Positions 44,979-54,203 of a stretch of 64,000 nt of DNA are shown here, one piece after another (within the stretch, counting starts at the first letter, position 1; each line of letters begins with the position of its first letter). Under the pieces are notes generated by a model. The model worked only from the letters and a program-made list of their open reading frames with translations. It was not told the origin of the DNA and did no database searches. Source of the stretch: an uncultured Alphaproteobacteria bacterium (GTDB lineage: Bacteria; Pseudomonadota; Alphaproteobacteria; HIMB59; GCA-002718135); NCBI GenBank assembly GCA_902618385.1, contig CACNAF010000003.1:6852-70851 (forward strand), in the 5' to 3' direction. The position numbers and the translations under genes were made by a program.

Positions 44979-45826
44979 TGAAAACTTTAAGATACAGAAT
45001 TGGAAATGAAGTTAAGCCAGGAATACTTGATCAAGAAGGAAATATTCGCGATGTATCATCTCTTGTAAAGGATTGGGACAATAAAAATGTAACTATTAGC
45101 AAGTTGAATGAAGTCAAAAAAATTGATCCTTCATCTTTACCTTTAGTTGAAAATAGTGAGGGATATGCACCTTGTGTTTGTAAAGAAAGTATTGGAAAAT
45201 TTATTTGTATTGGGCTTAATTATTCTGATCATGCTGAAGAAACTGGTGCAAAAGTTCCACCTGAGCCAATTATTTTTGCAAAGGCAACAAGTGCAATTAT
45301 CGGAGCAAATGATAACGTAGAGATACCAAAAAAATCAGTAAAGTCTGACTGGGAAGTTGAGCTTGGTGTTATTATTGGAAAAGAAGCAAAATATATTTCT
45401 GAGAGTGAATCACAATCTCATATTGCGGGATACTGTGTCATCAATGATCTTAGTGAAAGAGAATTTCAAATAGAACATTCTGGTCAATGGGTTAAAGGTA
45501 AGTCTTGTGACACATTTGGTCCAATCGGACCATATTTGGTAACTACTGATGAAGTACCAGATCCTCAAAACTTAAAAATGTGGCTGGATGTTAATGGTAA
45601 AAGAATGCAAGATGGCTCAACAAGTACAATGGTTTACGGAGTAAACTTTTTAATAAGTTATTTAAGCCAATTTATGTCATTACAACCTGGAGATATCATC
45701 TCAACAGGCACACCGCCAGGAGTTGGAATGGGAATGAAACCACAAGTATTTTTAAAAGCAGGTGATGTAATGAAACTTGGTATTGAGGGTCTGGGAGAAC
45801 AAACTCAAAAAACTATTCAGGCGTAA
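44978..45826 (+). CDS. Fumarylacetoacetate hydrolase family, 2,4-diketo-3-deoxy-L-fuconate hydrolase-like
   Basis: CIGLNY.DH, DWEVEL, NDLSER, QWVKGKSCDTFGP, TGTPPGVG; TAATG overlap with the SDR gene. Confidence 0.82.
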   Translation: MKTLRYRIGNEVKPGILDQEGNIRDVSSLVKDWDNKNVTISKLNEVKKIDPSSLPLVENSEGYAPCVCKESIGKFICIGLNYSDHAEETGAKVPPEPIIFAKATSAIIGANDNVEIPKKSVKSDWEVELGVIIGKEAKYISESESQSHIAGYCVINDLSEREFQIEHSGQWVKGKSCDTFGPIGPYLVTTDEVPDPQNLKMWLDVNGKRMQDGSTSTMVYGVNFLISYLSQFMSLQPGDIISTGTPPGVGMGMKPQVFLKAGDVMKLGIEGLGEQTQKTIQA

Positions 45827-46980
45827 TGTTTGGCAATATTAATAATTGTCATAATGTTAAAGATTTTAGAAACTTAGCAAAAAAAAGACTACCTAGTCCA
45901 ATATTCCATTACATCGATGGTGCTGCTGATGATGAGATAACTTATAAAAGAAATACAGATGCCTATGAGCAATGTGACTTGATCCCCAATGTATTAAGCG
46001 GTGTTGATAAAGTTGATATTTCAACTACTGTAATGGGACAAAAGTTAGATATGCCTTTGTATTGTGCACCAACTGCTCTTCAACGATTGTTTCATCATGA
46101 AGGTGAAATTGGAGTTGCAAAAGCTGCAGAAAAATTTGGAACAATGTTTGGAATTTCTTCTTTAGGGACTGCCAGTATTGAAGAAATATCAAATTTAGTC
46201 AAAACACCTAAATTATTTCAACTTTATGTTCACAAGGATAAAGGATTAAATAAAGCACTTATAGAAAGATGTAAGGAATCAAATTTTGAAGCTATGGCTG
46301 TTACTGTGGATACTGCTGTTGGAGGAAACCGTGAACGAGATTTATATACGGGTTTCACTATTCCAATGAAATTAAAACTTAATAGTGTCCTAAGTTTTAT
46401 GCTTCATCCAAAGTGGGCAGTAGATTATTTTACAAAACCTAAATGGGAGTTAAGTAATTTAAAAGATCATATTAATGAGGGCACAACAGTAATGACAACT
46501 ATCGGAGATTACTTCACAAAAATGCTTGATAATTCCATGAGCTGGAAAGATGTGGAAAATATTAATAAAGAGTGGGGTCGTCAATTTGCTATTAAAGGTG
46601 TGATGTCTGTAGACGATGCAAAAAAAGCTGTAGATGTAGGTGCTTCAGCTATAATGGTTTCAAATCATGGAGGTCGACAATTGGATGGTTCAAGATCACC
46701 ATTTGATCAACTAGCTGAAATTGTAGATGCTGTGGGAGATAAAATAGATGTAATTTGTGAAGGAGGAATAAGAAGAGGTACTCATGTTTTAAAAGCACTG
46801 TCACTTGGTGCAAAAGCCTGTTCCGGTGGAAGAATGTATTTATACGCATTGGCAGCAGGAGGTCAAAAAGGTGTTGAAAAAAGTTTATCTAATTTACGCA
46901 ATGAAATTGAACGAGATATGAAATTAATGGGAGTTTCTAACATTAAAGAACTAACAAGAAAAAATCTAAAATTCAGATAA
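45826..46980 (+). CDS. lldD: FMN-dependent alpha-hydroxy acid dehydrogenase (L-lactate dehydrogenase-like)
   Basis: YIDGAA.DE, FQLY, TVD...G.RERD, SNHGGRQLD, GGIRRG. Confidence 0.8.
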   Translation: MFGNINNCHNVKDFRNLAKKRLPSPIFHYIDGAADDEITYKRNTDAYEQCDLIPNVLSGVDKVDISTTVMGQKLDMPLYCAPTALQRLFHHEGEIGVAKAAEKFGTMFGISSLGTASIEEISNLVKTPKLFQLYVHKDKGLNKALIERCKESNFEAMAVTVDTAVGGNRERDLYTGFTIPMKLKLNSVLSFMLHPKWAVDYFTKPKWELSNLKDHINEGTTVMTTIGDYFTKMLDNSMSWKDVENINKEWGRQFAIKGVMSVDDAKKAVDVGASAIMVSNHGGRQLDGSRSPFDQLAEIVDAVGDKIDVICEGGIRRGTHVLKALSLGAKACSGGRMYLYALAAGGQKGVEKSLSNLRNEIERDMKLMGVSNIKELTRKNLKFR

Positions 46981-47040
46981 ATCAACAACTTTCTTAAAAA
47001 AAATATTTATTCTAATTCAATTTTATTTTACAAATTTTTT

Positions 47041-47361
47041 ATGAATGTTGAAATAGATCCAATCCTAGTTGGTGAGACTGATGATATCGAAGTTGGAACT
47101 GTGGAAAGTTTTGAACATGAAGATGTTAATTACGCAGTTTATCATTTAGAGCCAGGATTTTTTTGTACACAGGGAAACTGTAATTGTGAGGAGAAAGCAC
47201 CTTTGAGTGAATCTGAAATTGAAGGAGAAGAGTTAGAGTGTGTTGGTTGTGGTAATACTTATAGTATTGTTTCAGGTGATTGTATTAGTGATCCTGAATT
47301 GGATGGTCTTAAGATCTTTGACATCTCCGAAGAGGATGGAAAAATTTACTTAAATATCTAA
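47041..47361 (+). CDS. Rieske-fold ferredoxin (MocE-like) with His-to-Cys ligand substitutions
   Basis: YAVY...GFFCTQGN-CNC-x17-CVGC-GNTYSIVSG.C..P...L..F.I..EDG.IY follows the Rieske ferredoxin layout except at the two His positions. Confidence 0.75.
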   Translation: MNVEIDPILVGETDDIEVGTVESFEHEDVNYAVYHLEPGFFCTQGNCNCEEKAPLSESEIEGEELECVGCGNTYSIVSGDCISDPELDGLKIFDISEEDGKIYLNI

Positions 47362-48323
47362 CTTATAATTTTAAGATTTATAATATTATTTTTGTTTAAA
47401 TTTTTACTTTTAGTTAAAAAATCAAAAACATTTTCACACGATTCTACAGACATCCTTTTTCTACATTCTAGAGTTAAAGCAGCATTATGTGGTGTCAACA
47501 AAGTATTACTTAAAGAAAATAGTTTATGATTTTCTATTGGTGGTTCTTTTTCAAATACATCAACACCAGCTCCAAAAATTTTTTTATTTTTTAAAGCTTC
47601 ATATAAGGCATCTTCATTAATTATACCGCCTCTTGCGGTATTAATTAAAATCAAATTAGATTTAAAAATTTCAAATTGATCAAACGAAATCAAATTTTTA
47701 GTTTCTTCATTTAAAGGTAAATGGATACTTATATAATCAGCAATTTTAAAGCCTTCTTCTTTATTGATTGGAATAAATTTGTGATTTTTTATCTCTTCAT
47801 CTGAAAGAAATGGATCATGCACATAAATTTCCATTTCAAACCCACTACATCTTTTTGCAAGAGCTTTTCCTATTCTGCCAAAACCAAGAATTAAAATTTT
47901 TTTATTATAGAGTTCAAAGTAATTGGGTAAATTAACCTTTTCTTGAAATTTACCTAATTTAACTAATCTATCTGATTCAAAAATATTTTTTGTTAAACAA
48001 AGCATCATTGTCATTACATGTTCAGCTACACTAGTCGCATTTGCTGTTCCAGTAATGGCCATAGCTATCTTATTATTATTTAAATATTCAGTATCTACAT
48101 TGTCATAGCCAACACCATGTCTTGCAACAATTTTTACGTTCTTTGCTTGAGAGAGTATATTTTTATTTATTTCTGCCGTTCTTACAACAATACCATCCAC
48201 ATCTTTTAATTTTTCTATTAAATGATCTTCATCAATATTATTAGTGACAAAGTACTCAATATTATTTTTATCAAATATCTCATATCCACTAGGATGAATT
48301 TCACCAACAATCCCAACTTTCAT
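47358..48323 (-). CDS. D-isomer-specific 2-hydroxyacid dehydrogenase (SerA-like, no ACT domain)
   Basis: RHGVGYDNVD, SVAEH, GFGRIG, INTARGG, DVFEKEP, TPHNA. Confidence 0.88.
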   Translation of the reverse strand: MKVGIVGEIHPSGYEIFDKNNIEYFVTNNIDEDHLIEKLKDVDGIVVRTAEINKNILSQAKNVKIVARHGVGYDNVDTEYLNNNKIAMAITGTANATSVAEHVMTMMLCLTKNIFESDRLVKLGKFQEKVNLPNYFELYNKKILILGFGRIGKALAKRCSGFEMEIYVHDPFLSDEEIKNHKFIPINKEEGFKIADYISIHLPLNEETKNLISFDQFEIFKSNLILINTARGGIINEDALYEALKNKKIFGAGVDVFEKEPPIENHKLFSLSNTLLTPHNAALTLECRKRMSVESCENVFDFLTKSKNLNKNNIINLKIIS

Positions 48324-48423
48324 GGATAATTTTATATTCTAAAATATTAGAAAAATAAATTGTTTAACTCTTTAAATTATTTTTTTATTATAATAGTATC
48401 AATTTTTTTTGTGAAAGGAACAT

Positions 48424-50268
48424 ATGAAAACAGTTAGAATGTCATGTTCACATGCATTAATTAAATATTTAACTATGCAAAAAATTTTAATTAATGGAAA
48501 AAAAGAACCACTATTTCCAGGAGCTTTCGGTATTTATGGCCATGGTAATGTTGCTTGTATTGGACAAGCTATGGAAGAATATCAAAATGAACTTCCTGGA
48601 TACAGAGGTCATCATGAACAAAATATGGCACTAACAGGTATTGCATATGCTCGTGCCAAAAGAAGACAACAAATATTTGTAGCAACTTCATCTGTTGGAC
48701 CTGGTTCTACTAATATGGTTACAGCTGCTGCAGTTGCTTTAAGTAATAGACTTCCAATTTTACTTTTACCAGGTGATACATTTTCTAGTCGTTTTCCAGA
48801 TCCTGTTTTACAACAAGTAGAACATTTTAATTCTCCTTCAGAAACTCAAAATGATTCATTTAAATCTGTATCAAGATATTTTGATCGAATCACTAGACCT
48901 GAACAAATTTTAACATCTTTACCGCAAGCAATTAATGTAATGCTTGATCCTGCAGACTGTGGCCCTGCAGTAATTTCTATGTCTCAAGATGTTCAAGGAG
49001 AAGCGTATGATTATCCTGAAATCTTTTTTGAAGAAAAAATTCATGAAATTAGAAGAATTCATCCTGATCCAAATCAAATACAAAAGGCAGCTGATAAATT
49101 AAAACAATCTAAACAACCAATTATTATTTCAGGTGGAGGCGTTTTATATTCAGAAGCAGAAGAGGAAATTTCTGCTTTTGCAAAAAAACATAATATTCCT
49201 GTAACAGCAACTGTGATGGGTATTGGTTGTATGAATAAAGATGATCCTTATTATATAAGTGCAATTGGATGTTTAGGAGAAGGTTCATCTAATAATCTTG
49301 CTACTGATACAGATTTAGCACTAGCTGTGGGAACAAAGTTAGGAGACTTTACAACTGGCTCTTGGACTAATTTTGAAAACGAAAATTTTCAACTTGTATC
49401 AATAAATACTTCACGATTTGATACTACAAAACATCGCGCTACTCCTGTTGTAAGCGATGCAAAAATTGGACTTCAAGAATTATCAAAGGCATTAGGAGAT
49501 TGGAAAGCACCAGATAATTGGTACCAGCGTTCAATTGAGGAAAGAAATAAATGGGATGAATATGTTGCCAAAGAAAGTGGACCAACAAATCAAGAATTAC
49601 CATCCTATGCTCATGCTGTAGGTGCAGTTTATAGAAACTCAGACCCATCAGATATTGTTGTAACCGCAGCTGGAGGGTTAGTTGGTGAAGTGGTTCAAAT
49701 ATGGAAACCAAAAGAACTAAATACTTTTGAAACTGAATGGGGATTTAGTTGTATGAGCTATGAAATATCAGGAGCACTTGGAATCAAAATGGCAAAACCT
49801 GAACAAGATGTAATTGTATTTGTAGGCGATGGTTCATACCTCTTACAAAATAGCGATATTTACAGTTCAGTCTTATATGATAAAAAATTAATTATAGTTG
49901 TTTGTGATAATGGCGGTCACATGGTTATTAATAGATTGCAACTAGCAAAAGGTGGCAATGAATATCTTTGCAATCTTAATGCTGCAAGAGCGACAAATGT
50001 ACAGTTTGTTGATTTTGAAGCTCACGCAAAAAGTATGGGGGCAAACGGTGAGACTGTTAAATCCATTTCAGAGTTAGAGGCCGCTTTTAAAAGAGCAAAA
50101 GAATCAGACAAAACATACGTAATTTCTATGAAAACAGATGGATATGAATGGCTAGAAGGAACTGCTTTTTGGGAAAGCCCAACACTTGAAGTGGATAATA
50201 CCGAAGGTAAGAAATCAGCTCTTAACGAATTTTTAGAAGGAAAAAATAAACAACGTAAGGGCGTATAA
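48424..50268 (+). CDS. iolD: 3D-(3,5/4)-trihydroxycyclohexane-1,2-dione acylhydrolase (ring-opening)
   Basis: GIYGHGNV, GPGSTNMVTAA, PDPVLQQVE, SRYFDRITRPEQ, EWGFSCMSYEI, VGDGSY ThDP motif. Confidence 0.92.
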   Translation: MKTVRMSCSHALIKYLTMQKILINGKKEPLFPGAFGIYGHGNVACIGQAMEEYQNELPGYRGHHEQNMALTGIAYARAKRRQQIFVATSSVGPGSTNMVTAAAVALSNRLPILLLPGDTFSSRFPDPVLQQVEHFNSPSETQNDSFKSVSRYFDRITRPEQILTSLPQAINVMLDPADCGPAVISMSQDVQGEAYDYPEIFFEEKIHEIRRIHPDPNQIQKAADKLKQSKQPIIISGGGVLYSEAEEEISAFAKKHNIPVTATVMGIGCMNKDDPYYISAIGCLGEGSSNNLATDTDLALAVGTKLGDFTTGSWTNFENENFQLVSINTSRFDTTKHRATPVVSDAKIGLQELSKALGDWKAPDNWYQRSIEERNKWDEYVAKESGPTNQELPSYAHAVGAVYRNSDPSDIVVTAAGGLVGEVVQIWKPKELNTFETEWGFSCMSYEISGALGIKMAKPEQDVIVFVGDGSYLLQNSDIYSSVLYDKKLIIVVCDNGGHMVINRLQLAKGGNEYLCNLNAARATNVQFVDFEAHAKSMGANGETVKSISELEAAFKRAKESDKTYVISMKTDGYEWLEGTAFWESPTLEVDNTEGKKSALNEFLEGKNKQRKGV

Positions 50269-50302
50269 TAATAAATCTCTTTTTCTAAAATTTAAAAATT
50301 GT

Positions 50303-51331
50303 ATGAGTCAAAACAAGCCTATAATTTTAATAGATCCATATCCTAGAACAATGGATCTACTTTTTTCAAAAGAAAATTTAAACTACTTAAAAAAAAATTT
50401 TAAACTTATTACTGCCCCAAATAAAAATAAAAATAATTTTTATGAAAAAAATTTACCAAAGGCAGATTATATCTTTGGGCAACCCAATTTACCTTCATCC
50501 TTAATTTCTAAATCCACAAAACTTAAAGCAATATTTAATGTAGAAAGCAATTTTATGGACAATATGGACTACGATTATTGTTTTAGAAAAGGGATACATG
50601 TTTTAGCAACATCTCCTGTGTTTGCTCAACCTGTTGCTGAAATGGCAATGGGTCTTACTTTATCTATAGCCAGAAGTATACATATTGCTCATTCAGACTT
50701 TATTTCAAAAAAAGAAAAATATGGTGGTGCAATAAGCCAGAATAATTTTTTAATAAAAAATAAAACATTTGGTTTAATTGGATTTGGTGATTTAGCTAAA
50801 TCACTTACTCCTATACTTAAAGCATTCTCTAATAACATCATTGCCTATGATCCTTGGATTCCCAATAAAGAAATAGAAAAATTTGATGTTAATCCTACTA
50901 GTTTAAATTCTTTACTCAAAAATGCTGATATCATTTATGTATTAGCCTCCATTACTTCTTCTAATGAATCTATGATTAATTCTTCTAAACTTAAATTAAT
51001 AAAAGATGGATCAGTGTTTGTCTTAATGAGTAGAGCAGCTATAATAAATTTTGATGATTTTTTTAATTTTTTAAAAAATAGAAATGTGTTTGCTGCCATT
51101 GATGTTTTCCCACAAGAACCATTTCCTAAAAATCATAAATTAAGAAAACTCAAAAATGTAATTTTTTCTCCGCATAGGGCTGGCGCATTAGACAGTGCAT
51201 TTAAAGAGATGGGTGAATTAGTAATTCAAGATTTAAAACTTATTTCAAAAGGTCTGCCGCCTAAATTATGTAAAAAAGCTGAAAGAGAAACTGTTAAATA
51301 TTTACGTTCAAAACCAGTTGATATTAATTAA
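50303..51331 (+). CDS. D-isomer-specific 2-hydroxyacid dehydrogenase family
   Basis: PVAEM, GLIGFGDLA, YDPW, MSRAA, DVFPQEP, SPHRAG. Confidence 0.82.
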   Translation: MSQNKPIILIDPYPRTMDLLFSKENLNYLKKNFKLITAPNKNKNNFYEKNLPKADYIFGQPNLPSSLISKSTKLKAIFNVESNFMDNMDYDYCFRKGIHVLATSPVFAQPVAEMAMGLTLSIARSIHIAHSDFISKKEKYGGAISQNNFLIKNKTFGLIGFGDLAKSLTPILKAFSNNIIAYDPWIPNKEIEKFDVNPTSLNSLLKNADIIYVLASITSSNESMINSSKLKLIKDGSVFVLMSRAAIINFDDFFNFLKNRNVFAAIDVFPQEPFPKNHKLRKLKNVIFSPHRAGALDSAFKEMGELVIQDLKLISKGLPPKLCKKAERETVKYLRSKPVDIN

Positions 51332-51351
51332 AATTTATTTAAAAACACACT

Positions 51352-52098
51352 ATGTCAGATAACTTAGTACTAGAAGCTAAATCAGTTTCGAAATTTTTTG
51401 GTACTATTACAGCTCTTCAAAATGTAGATCTTCATTTAAATAAAGGTGAGGTTCTTGGTGTCGTCGGTGATAACGGTGCTGGGAAATCTACATTAATGAA
51501 AGTTTTATCAGGATTATATAAGCCAAGCGAAGGTTCACTTTTTTTTGATAAGGAAAAAGTAACTTTAAATAGTCCCAGAGACTCACAAAATTTGGGCTTA
51601 GAAATGGTATATCAAGATTTAGCGCTAGCTGGGAATCTCCCTATCGGTGATAATATTTTTCTAGGAAGAGAGCCAACAAGAAAGGTTGGCCCTTTCAATT
51701 TTTTAGATCATAAAAAAAGAAAACAATTAACTGAAGAGCATCTTGCAAAACTTAAAATAAATGTAAAGAGTGCTGATCAAAAGGTTGAAGAATTATCAGG
51801 TGGACAAAGACAAGCAGTTGCAATTGCTAGAGCTACAGCTTTTAATGCAAAAATTGTTTTGATGGATGAGCCAACAGCAGCACTTGCTGTTAAGGAAGTT
51901 GGGAAAGTTTTAGACTTAATTTTAAATCTTAAAAAGTTAGGTGTTAGTGTAATAGTAATTAGCCATCGAATGGATGATATTTTTACTGTTTGTGATCGCG
52001 TAATGGCACTTTTTCAAGGAACAAATTTCGCTGAATCAGAATTAAAAAACACTTCAAGGGACGAAGTGATTGGATGGATCATGGGGAAAAAAGATTAA
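51352..52098 (+). CDS. Sugar ABC transporter ATP-binding protein (single-domain, CUT2)
   Basis: GDNGAGKST, LSGGQRQ, MDEPT, SH switch. Confidence 0.93.
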   Translation: MSDNLVLEAKSVSKFFGTITALQNVDLHLNKGEVLGVVGDNGAGKSTLMKVLSGLYKPSEGSLFFDKEKVTLNSPRDSQNLGLEMVYQDLALAGNLPIGDNIFLGREPTRKVGPFNFLDHKKRKQLTEEHLAKLKINVKSADQKVEELSGGQRQAVAIARATAFNAKIVLMDEPTAALAVKEVGKVLDLILNLKKLGVSVIVISHRMDDIFTVCDRVMALFQGTNFAESELKNTSRDEVIGWIMGKKD

Positions 52099-53105
52099 TG
52101 GATAAGAATCAAGAATCTTTATTTGTCAGACTTATTCCTTTTTTTGAAAGATATGGAATCTTATTACTTATCCTAATAATGATAGCTGTTTTGCATTTGT
52201 TGCAACCTGATGTTTTTTTATCATGGAGAAATGTAACAAATATTTTTAAACAAGTTTCTTGGCAGTCTATGTTAGCACTTGGTGTCTTTATGGTCATTGT
52301 AACTGCAGGTATAGATCTATCAGTCGGTTCAATTATTATGTTATCATTAATGGGACTCGCTATTGCTTCGAAGGCAGGAATGCCTTGGTACGTTGTCATG
52401 TTAGTTGCGCCAGCAATTGGATTTTTGTGTGGTATGTTTAATGGTATTGGAATTACCTTACTTCGAATGCCTCATCCATTCATAATGACACTAGGGACGC
52501 TTTATATATTTAGAGGTATTGGTAATCTAATATCCGGAGGTGTTCCAATAACAGGTTTTGCTGAGCAGATTAGAGTTATAGGAAATGGTAAAATTAAACT
52601 AGATGTAATTTTTGGAGAAGGCGCTAGAGAGTACATTCCCACAAGTTTAATTTTAATGATTGTAATATTTTTTATTTTTTGGATATTTTTAAATCATACA
52701 AGAATAGGTAAATGGATTTATGCGATTGGAGGCAACCCAGGAGCAGCTAGGGCAGCAGGTATTAATGTAGATCGAATTTTGATCGTAGTTTACACCCTTT
52801 GTGGTTTCTTGGCTGGTATTGGAGGTTTAATTTTAGCCGGAAGAACAAATTCCGCTTATCCAAATGCTGGTTTACAATCTGAGCTAGATGCGATTGCAGC
52901 AGTCATTATAGGTGGAGCAAGCTTCTTTGGGGGTAGGGGAACTGTTTTAGGTGTATTTGCTGGAGTCATGATTATGGGTATACTCCGAAATGGTCTAAAT
53001 TTAATGAATGTTAGTGTTTTCTGGCAACAAGTTCTCATTGGGTCAATTATTATTTTGGCTGTTTATATCGATGTTCTAAGAAGACAACTTGCAACCAGAA
53101 CATAA
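52098..53105 (+). CDS. Sugar ABC transporter permease (RbsC family)
   Basis: GIDLSVG, PFIMTLG, YAIGGN..AARAAGI, ELDAIAAVIIGG; start at TAATG overlap. Confidence 0.93.
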   Translation: MDKNQESLFVRLIPFFERYGILLLILIMIAVLHLLQPDVFLSWRNVTNIFKQVSWQSMLALGVFMVIVTAGIDLSVGSIIMLSLMGLAIASKAGMPWYVVMLVAPAIGFLCGMFNGIGITLLRMPHPFIMTLGTLYIFRGIGNLISGGVPITGFAEQIRVIGNGKIKLDVIFGEGAREYIPTSLILMIVIFFIFWIFLNHTRIGKWIYAIGGNPGAARAAGINVDRILIVVYTLCGFLAGIGGLILAGRTNSAYPNAGLQSELDAIAAVIIGGASFFGGRGTVLGVFAGVMIMGILRNGLNLMNVSVFWQQVLIGSIIILAVYIDVLRRQLATRT

Positions 53106-53193
53106 TATCAAAAAATAATCACTTTCTGACAAACAGTCACTTGATTAGAATTTCATTTTTGATTAATGGTTAAAAAAAATTTTAGGAGGAAAA

Positions 53194-54111
53194 ATGAAAT
53201 TTTTTATTTCTATAATTACTACTTCTGTATTGTTTTTTTCAGGTAGTCTTTTAGCAGGCTCACATGCAAAAACAATTATGCTAAGTACTAAAGGACCAGG
53301 TGCTGGAAACCCTTTTTGGGCTTCAGTTGAAGCTGGTGCTAAAGATGCTGCTGAAGAATTAGGTGTAAACCTTATTATCCTTTCACCACCACAAGAGAGT
53401 GATGTTATGGCTCAGGTAGCGCAAATTGAAGACCAAATTGCTAAAGGTGTAGACGGTATAGCGATTGCACCAACTGACCCTAACGCAGTTGCACCAATTC
53501 TTGATGATGCAATGGCTTCAGGTGTTCCAGTTGTATACATTGATACTAATGGAATTAATGAAGGTGTAACTTTCATTGGTACAAACAATATTAATGGTGC
53601 TGCTTTAGCTGCTCAATACATTTGTGATAATGTTCCAAGTGGTTCTGATGTTGCAATCCTTCAAGGGATGATCACACAAACTACTGGTCAACACAGAGCT
53701 GAAGGATCACACAAAGGTCTTGAAGCATGTGGCATGAACATTGTTGCTGAACTTCCAGCTAACTGGGATACTGCACAAGGTATGTCAGTAACGGAAGATA
53801 TCATCACTGGTAACCCAAATCTAAAAGCAATCTTTGCTTCTAACGATAATATGGGTCTAGGTGCTATCCAAGCATTAAAAAATGCTGATATGCTAGATGA
53901 TGTTGTCGTTGTTGGATTTGATGCTAACCCTGATGCTGCTGCAAGTGTAATGGCTGGTGAAATGTCAGCAACTATTGCTCAATTCTCATACAACATGGGA
54001 TACATGGGTGTAGAAAATGCACTTAAATTAGCTAATGGTGAGAGCATTCCAGATAACATTGATACTGGAACTGTATTAGTTACTAAAGAAAACGCTGCAG
54101 ACTTTATGTAA
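53194..54111 (+). CDS. Sugar/polyol ABC substrate-binding protein (RbsB family)
   Basis: Signal peptide, NPFW, ASNDNMGLGA, VVGFD; AGGAGG SD. Confidence 0.92.
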   Translation: MKFFISIITTSVLFFSGSLLAGSHAKTIMLSTKGPGAGNPFWASVEAGAKDAAEELGVNLIILSPPQESDVMAQVAQIEDQIAKGVDGIAIAPTDPNAVAPILDDAMASGVPVVYIDTNGINEGVTFIGTNNINGAALAAQYICDNVPSGSDVAILQGMITQTTGQHRAEGSHKGLEACGMNIVAELPANWDTAQGMSVTEDIITGNPNLKAIFASNDNMGLGAIQALKNADMLDDVVVVGFDANPDAAASVMAGEMSATIAQFSYNMGYMGVENALKLANGESIPDNIDTGTVLVTKENAADFM

Positions 54112-54131
54112 GTCTAAGCAAAATTATTTTT

Positions 54132-54164
54132 AAAAGGCCGTAATTTTTTACGGCCTTTTTTTTT
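54132..54164 (+). terminator. Intrinsic terminator after the first SBP gene
   Basis: AAAAGGCCGTAA-tttt-TTACGGCCTTTT followed by a T run. Confidence 0.85.
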
Positions 54165-54203
54165 ACTATTCCATTTTTTACAATTGATTTATAGAAACAA
54201 TTT

